From Trichoplax adhaerens (lineage: Eukaryota; Animalia; Placozoa), in contig NW_002060945.1 of NCBI RefSeq assembly GCF_000150275.1, forward strand, positions 7,183,607-7,247,606: a DNA stretch of 64,000 nt, written 5' to 3'. The position numbers and the translations under genes are program-made. Shown here in pieces: positions 1-12,813 of this stretch (its first letter is position 1; the number at the start of each line of letters is the position of its first letter). Under the pieces are notes generated by a model that had not been told where the DNA came from, did not search any database, and worked only from the letters and a program-made list of their open reading frames with translations.

Positions 1-138
1 TGATAGCCTTATTAAGAATTTTCATTACTGATTAAATTTACATCTTTAAAGTTACTATATGCATAAAAATAATTTGCATATGAAATTATTTGCATGTACC
101 TATGACTAATTCCTTTCATTAACTTAGATATGAAATAC

Positions 139-3100
139 TTATATTTTACAAGCGACTTGCGATTCGCTTGCATAAGTATTTTTGGGGCCAGATGAAGTTT
201 TACACAACTGTGAATTTCCTAACGGGTTGTCGGTGATAACGATGCATGGTAAAGATTTACTTATTTTAGCATCTCTAGCATTTTTTAGCGTATAGTGTTC
301 TTCTATTATTCCATGGGGTGATGTAATGTTCTCAAGACAAGTGTGACTTCCATTTTGACTCTTTAAATTCGACGTATCCGATATCGGATTTTCAGTGCAG
401 TGTTTGCTATCGCTATTATTCGCCTTAGATTCCTGATCGCGAAAGCAGCGATCATTCCTATCTGATAGTGTTGAATTTATATCTTTATCTACTTGTATCC
501 TTTCTACATCATGATCTTCTGTAATTTCTTCTCCCAATGTAATAACTTCAACATGTTCCGTATTTCTTCTATTATCTTTAAGCGCAGCTTGTGCACATTC
601 TTCGGAATGATAGTAAGACACATCTTGGAATGTGTCTGGTAAATCAGGAAGTAGTAAATCAATAATTGTTCGAAATTTTGGTCTCATTTTGGCTTGAAAT
701 CGGGTACATTTAGCCATAATATGGTACCTAATAGAGTGCATAGTATTTCAATACATCATAGACTTCATTAATTCAGATATTGTTTCATCATCAATATATC
801 CTAGTTTAATAGAGATAGCTTATAATACAGAATAAATGATGAATAGTATGCTTACAATTTATCAGAGCAGAACGGAGGTCTCTGTATGCTCCCACCATCG
901 AGAATATATCGAGCAACATCTTCATTCGACTTTCCTGGATAAGGTTGTTCAGCTAAGGTAGCAACTTCCCATAAAACAATTCCGTATGACCTATATTTAT
1001 ATTACATTTTAAAGTAATCCTTGAAGTATCTTATTTGGAAAGAAATTTAATTGTAGTTCCGCATATGTCTTAAGAATTTAAGCATATAGTCTGTAAATAC
1101 TTTAGTAATCGTAATATACCATAAAAGGTAGAAACGATACGAAAGATCACGTCATAAAGTATGTTTATGATAGCAAATTATACAGGATACTGTAGCGACA
1201 GATTTATTGATTTTAGTAATCGATCAAGGCTACGATGCAGGTTATTTTCGTTAAATCAATGCTATAATGGGATCATTACACGATATACAATTAGCATAAT
1301 CAGACTAACCATACGTCAGAAGCTGATGTATATACTCCATCTCTTATAGATTCAGGAGGCATCCAACGAATAGGTAGCATTCCTAAATGCAATAACATTT
1401 AACATATAATTATTAAAAACATTTTCGCCTAATTCCTATATTTTATAATAAAATGTAAGAATAAATAATACTATGTTATAGTTAACAGTACCTTTTCCAC
1501 CCTTACGATAGTAGTCGCTGGTATAAACATCACGAGTCATGCCGAAAATCTTTGAAAATACAACAAGATCAGATATTAGAAGGATAATTCTAAGCCAGAT
1601 ATACAGTCTGAGTGAGTCAAAAGAAACAGTGTTGACTATTTAGTTGTATACCTCCAATCTTCACAGTAAGATCCTCGTTAACCATACAATTTCGAGCTGC
1701 TAAATCCCTAATATTTAAGTAAACATAAAGATGCAAGAAACTATAACGAATCCAGGGTGATAAACGGTTTAATGCTTGCTTACTTTATTACTTTGTTTGT
1801 GTAAAGATATTTTTTATGCGCAAAAACAGCACAATAAAAGGGTTTGATGTGCGCGTATATGACGTACGTTATAATTTATTGGTTACGTTTTGGTAACTAA
1901 CCTATGCACAAACTTTTTGTCACCTAGGTATAACATTCCATCAGCTATTTCAGCAGCCATTTTATGAAAGTGGATATCAGAAGGTCGGTTTGGATTAGGC
2001 TTCATATACTAATGTAAGATTTCGTCGTATAAAAAGGCTATTGTTAGATAATAAATCATCATCCTTTCTGAATATACAAGTTGTACATCATACTCTATTA
2101 CTAAAATAAAACTTTAGAGAGTCCTCTTTAGCTAGAAAGTGCTTTAAATGCGAACTTTCCATACAGATCCATAAACGGAACAGTAATTTACAATCTGAGA
2201 GTTCCTTACGTAATCTGCACTGTCAGCGTCTTCACGAAGCGATCGTAAATAGTTCTTTAGGTCACCACAAGCCATTAACTCCATGATAACTAGAGGCGGA
2301 ATTCCTTGTGAAACGATACCCAGTAATCGAACTACATGATTGCAATCAAATTGCCTATTAAATAGAAAGTGCAATAATTGTTATTAACGCTTTTTATATA
2401 AAAATCATTACATCGCTTTTAAAACCTTATACGATATAAGTAAATACGTATATTTAAAATAATTACATTTATTACTATTTATCAACAAATATAATTTAAA
2501 TTTTACGTCATAATGCAGGCCTCATTTAAAAATTCTTGACGCTGTAGGAAGGTAGCCTTTTCGTTCACTGTCTATTTTACGATATAATACCAAGCATCAT
2601 CATCCAATTTTTATTATCGTTCTCTACTTAGTATTCTTTTATAACTGCAAATATGCTTTTAACTCCTATACCTTGACGGCTACTTTAGTTTTCGATTCGC
2701 CATGAATAATACCATGAGCTTCACCAAGATAAACCATACCGAACGCGCCTTTGCCTAGTTCCTTCAATAAGTTCACCTTATCACGTTCAAATTCCCAGAT
2801 AGCAGGAATACATGTTACTATTGATACAGTATATTAAAAAAGTTCCTTTAATACAAATTACGTATTTTAGTAAATTTCTTGCTTTCCTTAAATATTGGAT
2901 TAGATATAAACTCTTTAAAATTCAATACACTCACTCGTATTTGATTTAAAGTGTTATGTTATTTTATATTTACGATAAAATCTTACTATCTTCTTCATTC
3001 ATGTAGTTAGGATTATTCGATTCTATGAACTCCTTAGATTTTCTTTTAACTCTTAACAATAAGTAACTCTATTAATAATTAATAATGTAAATTATCTTAT

Positions 3101-6100
3101 ATAGAGATAACGAATATCTATTACCTTCTTGTATACCATACTGCTCCGCAGGCGACGATGATAGTGAAAATAACAGTACTAATAACAACGCTTATAGTAA
3201 CAACTTGATTTTGATCTTAAATAGAAGAATTAATGTACAATAGTACGATAAGTATCAGTTTAACTCGTTATTAGATATGTCATCGTAGTCTATATAATTT
3301 TGATATTTATGTGTAACGTATAGTTATAATACTGTATAAGGGTATTTAAGCATACGCTAGAGCTTTATACAAATGTGAAGTAATTAATGTTTCGTTAGGT
3401 TAAAATTGTTAGTAGATATATATTTAATATATATGTGATCAGTGTAATTACCGCCTAGTTTAACTAGTTCTATTGATATATTTCCTGCCCATGTACCATT
3501 ACCAGCTAACGATGTCGCCCTGACGTCTATAATATAATAACCGCTTCTGCCTAATTTGATGCTGTAACCGTTTGTTTCGTTATACTCAGAGGCAGGTATA
3601 CATCTTGATTCCAACTAATAGAATTATTTAACAAACCATTCGTGTGAGAAGTCTTTTATAGTTTTAAAAAATTTAACAAGTAACGATATATTGTAAAATA
3701 CGTATATATTACGAAGATAAAGTATATATAAGATGATAGAATTGGTACCTGATCGTGCTTAGTACCAGCCATGTAACGGGATTTATCGTCGAAACGATAA
3801 ATTCTGATCTCGTACGCTAAAATATGACCACCATTAGGATTGATTGGTGGACTCCACAACATTATAACTTCGTAACTTTCAGCGATTTTTCTGAATGATA
3901 TATTTTTTATATCATCTCTTGTAACTAATTTATCATTAACGATAATTCATTATCAGAATTATTAGTTACAATCATATAGTAACTACATAGTTCTGTAGCA
4001 TACAAATTCAAAAATAGTTATTTTAGACCAAACACTATATCAATATACAAGACAATACCTTCTGGTAGAGTTCTAACGTTATACAGATCTGTAGAAGAAT
4101 CTTGTCCAGCTATAGGACATTTACTGTTACATGGAATAATCTATAATGAAGAGAATAGAATAATATAATACACTGATATATACATCGAGTACACGAGATG
4201 ATTTATTTTATCGCTACTCGATGTTATTATAATGTAGTTACTGTAGATATACAAGTAATTAAGAATTATATCGATAGCTAGTAAAAGAATGGTATACAAT
4301 ACTTACTGTTATTAAGTATTTAGTAAACGGATCGAGATTGTGTAATATTATGTATGTATTAAGAATATGTTTTTCTATTACTGGAAGCGGGGACGGAGTC
4401 GATGTCGATGATAGTAATGGGGTAGTTGCGATAGTGACACTACTTAGAGTCGAATTTCTACTAGCAACGGTAGCGTTTTCTAAAGTGATATTCGTAGGTA
4501 TAATTGTAGTTGCCGCAGCCGCTTCGGTCGTCAATACAGTGGTTGCTATTTCGGAATGCACATACATATACAGAGATAAATAACAATTAGTGCTATATAT
4601 CGGTTAAGATACAAGTATATAAGAGCGAATAATACAGTAAGTTATATATTATACCAGTTGTTGATATTGTTATATTTGCTGTTGATACAGTGCTGGGGGC
4701 AGGTGTCTTTTGGTAGAAAGCTATTTTATTAAGGTACTCGAAGAAATTTTGATCTTCCCTTCGGATATCAGTAATATCAGCTTGATTTATACTTGTGGTA
4801 GCAGTAGACAAACATGGACAGCTATTGTTTGCGCTAATTGTAGGTGTAGTCTTTATGTCGATGCCAGGATTTACGACGATATTCGAATCCACATTGCCAC
4901 TATCGGTGCAAACTTTACTTGGTAATATATCTTCTGCTATTAGTTGTTCGTATATTACTTTATAAGTTATGTTAAGACCGTTAGGTGAAGATGGAGGATC
5001 CCATGAAATTCGGATTGATGATGGAGAAAGATTAATATATTCTACATTTCGAATCGGTGTCGGCTCTATAGTCGAGTTAAAATATTTTAATAATCGATAT
5101 TCAGTGTTAGTTATACTGTACGTGTAACTGTTTACTCAAACATGATACAAATATGAAAACGTACAAGTAGAATATTTAGTGTAATCAAATGAAATATATA
5201 GATATAAAGTAGAATATTAATTAGCTAGTGTATTTAACTTAAATTAACGTTCTGTCACAATGAAACTTACGTAAATCTGGTACAGTGTAATATTTAATAT
5301 TACTAATAGCACCGATATCGCTGATTGTTATGGTCTTAACATATACAGCATATATAGTATTCGCTTTCAAGTTCTTAATGGCGACAGTATTCTTGTCAGG
5401 AGCTATAATAATTTCCTGCCAACTAATCATATCCAAATTATATAATAGATATAAATAGATATTGTTACTTTATATGTGATATTTCTAATAATATTAATTT
5501 ATAACAATGTAAAGGATTGACAGTAGAATAGTTTTTAGATTGGGTAATCGTTAGTAAGACTTACACTTTAACTCCACAAGCATCAACGCCGTCATAAACT
5601 GTAAGATTAGTTGTAGTTCTGAAAATAAAATTGATTTCATATTTGTAGTTTGTAGAAATGTATAATATAGGCGTGTGTATTGGGTTGTTGTTACTTTAAC
5701 TTTCGTATAAGTATTGTACTTTGTCAGCTATTTTGTAATTTACTAATTCTAAATACTGTTCGGTGCAAGGATTGAATTTAGATTCTGTTAACTTACGTTG
5801 TTCTATAATACACAATATGATTTACTAGCATATTAGATCCTCCAAATTGATTGGAAGCAATCGGTTCCCAAGTTACATTTAAAGTAACTCGACGTCTATA
5901 ATAGTTACTGTTGCCGTTAAAAACGGTTATATTAATAGGATAAATGATACCTAAAATCATTCAAAAAATATATTCAGTTAACTAGCTTCTTTTACCCTAA
6001 GAATTCTGTATAAGTTTATGAAAATACTTAAGTACTCGCTTTCTATATTTGTTAGAGTTATAACTAGTAGTAAAACAGTAAATTTATTTAATTTTATACA

Positions 6101-9100
6101 CAGCTAGAAAACTTATTTTAGACATACATTGATTTTGATCTCCGTTAGTTTGTCTTGGTACATCTACGATAGAAGTTGTATTTTCTTGACCGATTTGTTT
6201 AGCTAATGTCATAATTTTGTTGTAGCACAGACGCGGATTGAAATGGAAGAAGAGTTTTCCTCTTTTGACTTGTAATTTATGCTGTGATCTCTCAGTCCAT
6301 AGATTTTCTAAATTTCGATTGTCAAATATAACAATCGCGTATCTATAGATGAGGTAGATTATGTTACTACACTATAAAATTCTATGAAACTTAAACATTT
6401 TATCGTATTTATTTTTTAGTATAAATAGCGAAGAAATACTTAAATAAGATTAATGTATTGTAATTACTCGTATACTGATAATTTTAGTTAATTTATATTT
6501 ATATCGTATTTTGTTGTATGATAAAATTAAATCCTTATTAACGAATAGAAATAGTAGATTACCCTTGTCCTGTTTTGTCAGCTCTTGCTAACTGTTTACC
6601 ATGAATAATTTTTAATCTCTTCAAAAATTCTAAGCTGACGATCGAAGGTGTACTAGAAATATCAAGATAGCCTTCGATTTCTTCGACACTGCTAAGAGCA
6701 TTTTCTAGTTCTTTTACTATATCTCCAGCTATATGTATATAAAAGATTATTTAAGGGTAAAATAACCGTTATGATAATGAAATGAAATAGTAATATTAGA
6801 AGTAGTTACCAGTATTAAAATAAAAAAGAATTGTATCAAACTACCAAGAAATAACTTACAGCCATAAGTAATTCGGATGATTAAGTTTCCCTTAAGTACA
6901 GTACATTCTCTTAAGTTTTGTAACTGATGATCGACGGATGATATTATAAGGTTTTTACCTTCTTTATCTTTTACTTCGCATTCTGAAATAGTAAAAGTTC
7001 TCGTTATTTCTTTATAGTAAATCATTATATATAGGTAGTCTGATGCTATATACATATTCGTATAACTTGTCATCTAAGGAAGATTTTGAATTACTTCATT
7101 AATAAATATATCTTGATTAAACTACATTATAGCTATGCATGTACAGTATTATCTAAATTAGTATGAGTATATGCGCATGCAATGTTTTTTATACCTCTCT
7201 TGCAAGCACTACAGACTGTACAAGTTTTACTCGATTCGTCTTCTATCCATCCTGTAGGACACTTTCTGACGCACTTATTTAAGTGGTGATAAGATCCTGG
7301 AGGACAGCGCTTTAAGCAATGACCTTCTATCTACAGAATTGGGATATAAATTGGGTGATATAGATATGGATTTGTTGAATTCATCATCATAAGATACACA
7401 TTAAATAGGTAACATATATTAAATATGATACGGTACGGCTTAATGAAGGATATTCAGTCAAGTGGCTTAGTATTGTAGCAGATCTATTGNNNNNNNNNNN
7501 NNNNNNNNNNNNNNNNNNNNNNNNNNNNNNNNNNNNNNNTGAAATGAAATAGTAATATTAGAAGTAGTTACCAGTAATAAAATAAGAAAGAATTGTATTA
7601 AACTACTAAGACATAACTTACAGCCATAAGTAATTCGGATGATTAAGTTTCCCTTAAGTACAGTACATTCTCTTAAGTTTTGTAACTGATGATCGACGGA
7701 TGATATTATAAGGTTTTTACCTTCTTTATCTTTTACTTCGCATTCTGAAATAGTAAAAGTTCTCGTTATTTCTTTATAGTAAATCACTATATATAGGTAG
7801 TCTGATGCTATATACATATTCGTATAACTTGTCATCTAAGGAAGATTTTAAAGTATTTCATCGAGTATGATACTGTATATGTATAATTGTATATAAACGG
7901 ATAAAGTGTGTATGAAAACATGATGCATAATATAGGTATAAGTGTATAGGTATAGGTAAACTATTTGTATATTTTTAGCAGCATATTTCTAAATCATCTA
8001 AGTTATATCTGGACGTTTAACATTTGTATACCTCTCTTGCAGTTATTACAGACTACGCAGGTTTTAGTTGATTCGTCTTCTGTCCATCCTATCGGACACT
8101 TTCGGACACATTTACGTGAATTTAAGTGTATATAATATCCCTGAAGACAACGTTCAAAGCAGTGGCCTTCCATCTACAAGGGTTGGCATACAAAAGTATG
8201 ATGATATAATTAGTGCTTCCATCGATTCTGTCATTAGAGGGCATTAACGCACAACGATAATTGCTCCGGATGTAACTAGTAGTTAAGCTATAATCAAACT
8301 GTTATTAACTTTAATTGATTAACTAAATAGATAAGAAACAGATATAAGGTATTACAGCTGATTTATCAGATTGTACCTCAAAAGTATCAATAGGGCATCC
8401 TGTCATACAAGTTCCATTGTAATTCTGATGCCTACATACATAGCAATCCTTTGCTGAAGGACCAGAACAACCACCCAAGCACTGAAAGTGGCAGCACTTT
8501 CCATTACTATCGCAGCCAGATTCACCACAGTTATCGCATACTATTTAATATAGATTAACAATTTAAATTTAGAAAGATATATAAAACAAAACCTGATTAT
8601 AACACTGTATAATGATGCTACCACAATTAATGCTTGTATATATAAGGCCTTTTACTAGTATAATTACGTAAGACTAGCTCAATAATCCGTCGCTTATAGC
8701 TGACGATATGAACCTCTTCGCACACAGTCCTAGTATGTACCCACTAATTTACTGCAGTCCCTTGCTGCATACAGTAACTAAAAGATTATCTGGGTATTAA
8801 CGTATGTAACTTACTAATTTGACAGTGTTCTGAATTCCAACAGTAGCCGTTGCATCTGCTAGGGCAAGAAGGACAATTTGCTCGTAAAGATTTAGCGATT
8901 ACTTTATCCGGTGAATCATTTGTTCCCATTAAGCTTGACCATTTGATAGTGCTATGATAGCACATCTCGCGGTTCTGTTGGATTCGGACATTGCCACGTT
9001 GGATTCTAGTAAGAGATGGTAATGCCATATCGAGCAGTTGGTTGTTAAAGTAGAAAAGTAAAGTAAATCCATAAAAGAATTGATTGCCACGTATTACACG

Positions 9101-11522
9101 AAGATTTGGGAACATTAAACTCAATGAAGTTAATTGTTTTCCGGCTACTAAATTAAATACTAGAGATCCGGTAATCTCGCGTAATTCAGGATAAGTGGTT
9201 ACATTGACCTCAGCTGGCGTGTTCATTCGATACATAATAATGAAAACTGATCCAATGTAAACTGTGCAACCTTTTAAAACATGGGCATCTCTGACAAATT
9301 TAAGCTGTAGACCATCGCCGGTAGGATCGTGGCAGGCTGTTTGAGAGAAAATAGCGTCAATACCATAAAGTCGCAGATTATATCTCTAATACAGTAGTGG
9401 TTTTGTTATAATTTGCAAGAGCTGTTACGTTATGCAATAGGATATCATACTTTAAAGTGTGTAGACAAATAAATAAATAAAATTTCATTAGGAATTGTAG
9501 ACAACTAAATTCGTAATTGAAATAATACAAGGATGTACTATGCACTTATAAGCACGATAAAATAGGCATAAGGAAATAGGAATTTAATTTATACGATAGG
9601 GAAATAGAATCAGTCGATTGAATACTTAAGCGATAGGGTTCGGTAACTGCAAGGTAATTGAATCAAGAAGCCGAAAATGATGCTTTGAGCATACATTACA
9701 AAATATTGTTAATCTGTCATGTATATAACATATATATATGTCAGATACAGAATAATGTAGTAACTAACACCGTTTATTTTATGCTTACATGACAAAGTGA
9801 GATTATTCTTTCATTCAATAGACTACTACTTTACTGTTGGTCTATATCTAGAGAACATGTAGGGTGCATAGGAAAAAAATTAATACACAATAATCCTTGA
9901 CTATTCAGCAGGCCTAAGAAAAATATATTATCGGATAAATTAATTGGTGGTCAAATTTTTGGCCTACTTTTTATTGTCAATAACTATAACTGATTTCTAA
10001 TACTCGCCTTAGCAACTAGTTAATTTTTTCTTCGACCTATAATTGACCTTTTCAAGCTTATGATTGGTTAAAATACAGTAATGGCGCAATATTTTTATTA
10101 CAAACTATACTGTAATTACACCGTACAGTCTGCTTGACGAGGATGATTTTATAGAAAAGAATTACTATACAATGAATACCTTACTATACAGTATGCTCGG
10201 TGTACACTGTACACTACAATACAGATAGTTTTAATAAACGTTTATGTATATTAATAATTTGGAATTAAGTGCTATAAATACTTGCTTTAAAAAATTATAA
10301 TGATATATGCTGGAATTGAAAGAATAATTGTAAGAATTGTTTATGAGCCTCATTATTAACTTAGTCATTTTCTAAGAAATAAAATGTGAATAATTTTTAA
10401 AATATAATTGTTTTCATTTATGGAAGTAGTGCATTCCTGCCTGAAAATTTAAATATATATGAGAATAAATATATCTATAATTACGATAATTGATTTTAGC
10501 GGCTTTCAGTACTGAATAATTATTTTTCAAAGTGAAAGAAACTGAAATTAATTTTAATTTCCCTTGCTCTGCTATTCAGCATAATAGCTCAAATCACGAA
10601 TTTTACTCTACTTGAACAGCTATAAGGTTTTACTGGTAATGCTATAATTCCTTCTAAGCATATTCTGATAGTTATTTTTATGTTAAAAATGTTGATCCAG
10701 TTGGAGAGCTAAAAAAGTCTAAAAATGCAGGTATAAAGTATCAATTTTAGTACCAAGTGTTACTACATTAATGTGGAACGTTCTTTCCTCAAGCAATCGA
10801 TTAAAGGGCTGGAAAAAGGGATATGATGCATTTATATAACATACAGAGCAGCTAGAGAACATTGCAGAATGGAGTAGAACTTATCGGCTTAATATCACAG
10901 TAATAAAGTTTAACAAACTTTTCACATTAATTGTATGATGACTTTGGTAGACGGACTAAATAGAAATGCTTGTACTTTGTGTGCTAAATTGTAAGGTACA
11001 TATATACGAAATGTTTCTTTCGTTGTATCACACAATGAACGTAATATTATATCTATCAATCGTAATATTTTAATCACAAAATAGAATGAGTGGTAGTTAT
11101 ATTTACTGTACTATACTTTATGGGTTTGGATAAAATCTTGATGATCTAATAGGAAGAAATTACGTTTTAAGACTAAGCTTATTACGTCATTGTATGTATA
11201 TTAGCTTTAAAATGTTTCATTTTAAAATGAGTACTTTAACTGATCTGATTGCTTAGTGGATAGGATAAAGGCAAAAAATAGAAAAAAAATGAATATAGCA
11301 GGTAAGAAAAATTGTTAAAAAATTTTACGAAAGCTACTATTAGTCTATATTGGTCATGTAGATGGTTGCGATAATTTAAATTGCAAACATCAAGCGTATT
11401 AAGAGTAATGGTATCTTGATTATGTCGTTACCTTTTGTAGGTATTAGACAATCGACCGCTTGTAGATTAATATAGGCGATGGTAATGAGAGAAATTAATT
11501 TCGCGACTACTGGATACTTCAT
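139..11522 (-). CDS. INSR: Insulin/IGF receptor-family tyrosine kinase, paralog 1 (InR-1), about 26 exons; +1 frameshift in the DFG exon as assembled
   Basis: Spliced by hand with GT-AG and consistent phases. Signal-peptide exon 11432-11522 ([25 protein letters not shown]). L1 exon 8815-9336 ([13 protein letters not shown]). Cys-rich exons 8377-8540 and 8032-8173 or 7195-7330. L2 exons (HFNPRLC), FnIII exons ([18 protein letters not shown]), TM exon about 3125-3215, juxtamembrane NPNY. Kinase motifs [47 protein letters not shown]. Last exon ends at stop 139. Confidence 0.93.
7195..7330 (-). CDS. InR-1 cysteine-rich exon 4, version b ([45 protein letters not shown])
   Basis: Intact 136-nt exon with AG/GT ends, phase 0 to 1. 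Same length as the InR-2 equivalent exon 22630-22765. Confidence 0.85.
7490..7539. other. Assembly gap (50 N)
   Basis: Run of N. Confidence 0.99.
8032..8173 (-). CDS. InR-1 cysteine-rich exon 4, version a ([47 protein letters not shown])
   Basis: Intact 142-nt exon with AG/GT ends, phase 0 to 1; 2 codons longer than version b. Confidence 0.85.
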
Positions 11523-12690
11523 CTTCTTCCAGAGAGTAATTTGATTTTATTCAAAATTTTGATATACGAGTACTCGTACGTTGTACAGAAGAAATTCTTC
11601 AGTGCTAACTTTCGATCATCTGGATATACGATTCTGGAGTATATAAAAAAAAGAATATCGCTATGAAAATTGTTGCTGTTATGTAGTAATCCTAAATGAC
11701 AGTAACAACTCTTGTAAGCATACAGGCTTACGTATACCTACGAGATGTTGTCTTAATCAGACATCAGATTTTAGGACTAATGGACTAATTTTCTATAAAA
11801 AAGTATGTAGAAGCAGGTTATAACATGTACAGTACTGTTCACTATCCAATTTATAATGCTTTATGACGTCGCCAGTACTTATCGTATTTATAACCTTTAA
11901 TGAAAGTAAAATCAAATTCATATTCTTATTAAAAGTACCTAGCATGTCACTCTTTTATCCTACTGTAAATTACCATACTACCGTCAATACGATTTCAGGT
12001 CGTTGTTTTTTCTAGCAATTGCAAACAGTTGCAGCCATAATACTGTATGCTCGTTTTTTTCTACACTACAGCATGCAGAGTACAGTATGATATTTTTTAC
12101 ATCTCATCAGGTAAACGTACGACATTACTACGGGATCTGTCAAGAATTTGTTTATTCATTCTTAGGGGTCTTGGAAATCGCCGCCATGGTCCCTTTTGAA
12201 CCTGTGATCTTATTTGTACACTTATGGATAGCATCTAGAAAAGATGGCTTAGTTGGCCCATTGTCGGGGGGCATTGGCTCTCTACAGTATCATCAATAAA
12301 TTGAGCGTTTTGTCTCCAATATTGTTATCTTTTTGGCATAACGAGTAAATTCAAACAAACTATATTGCCCTATTGGTACGTCATAAACTAGCTAGTCATT
12401 CTATATTTTTCATTATTTTTGTAATGTAATAAGGTACTACTTTAGAAATACCCGTACTTCACCAAATTCACTATCGATACTGCTGTCTTGTCCTTTAGCG
12501 TTATCTTGTTAATAATTACTAGTAGAACTCCTGCTCATGATACTTGACGTTCTGTGCAGTGTGGAATATACTGTATAGATCAATACAGTATAGACTATCA
12601 ACTTACAATTTTACCGATAGTTCTATTAAAGTATCAGAATTTTGAATAAGCACTGTAGCAAGATCTCCAAAAGCCAAACTATTTCCTTAT

Positions 12691-12813
12691 CCAGAGCCTC
12701 TGGACTTCTGCGATCAAGGCATCTTCGTTACGACGAAAGGTCCCCCACCCCAAAACATTGGGCTTATGGGTCAAAATTATTTTCTAAATAGGTGTGAAGA
12801 ATGATGCTGGCTG
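12691..12813 (-). mobile_element. Possible decayed Tc1/mariner transposase C-terminal fragment
   Basis: Minus frame reads QPASFFTPI*KIILTHKPNVLGWGTFRRNEDALIAEVQRLW, loosely like P.SPDLNPIEN.W ... F.N.D.L...V...W. Contains an in-frame stop; no TIRs seen. Confidence 0.25.

Larger units (their letters stand above)
6778..7848. repeat. Near-identical 309-bp duplication (6778-7086 = 7540-7848) containing the first L2 exon, on either side of an assembly gap
   Basis: Direct repeat with offset 762. Exons 6860-6982 and 7622-7744 are identical. The second copy starts exactly at the gap edge. Confidence 0.9.

Noticed and set aside
10660-10915. Coding-looking stretch in InR-1 intron 1 ([17 protein letters not shown], vaguely RT-like)
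   Set aside because: Multiple stops and frameshifts, no YADD motif; similarity too weak.
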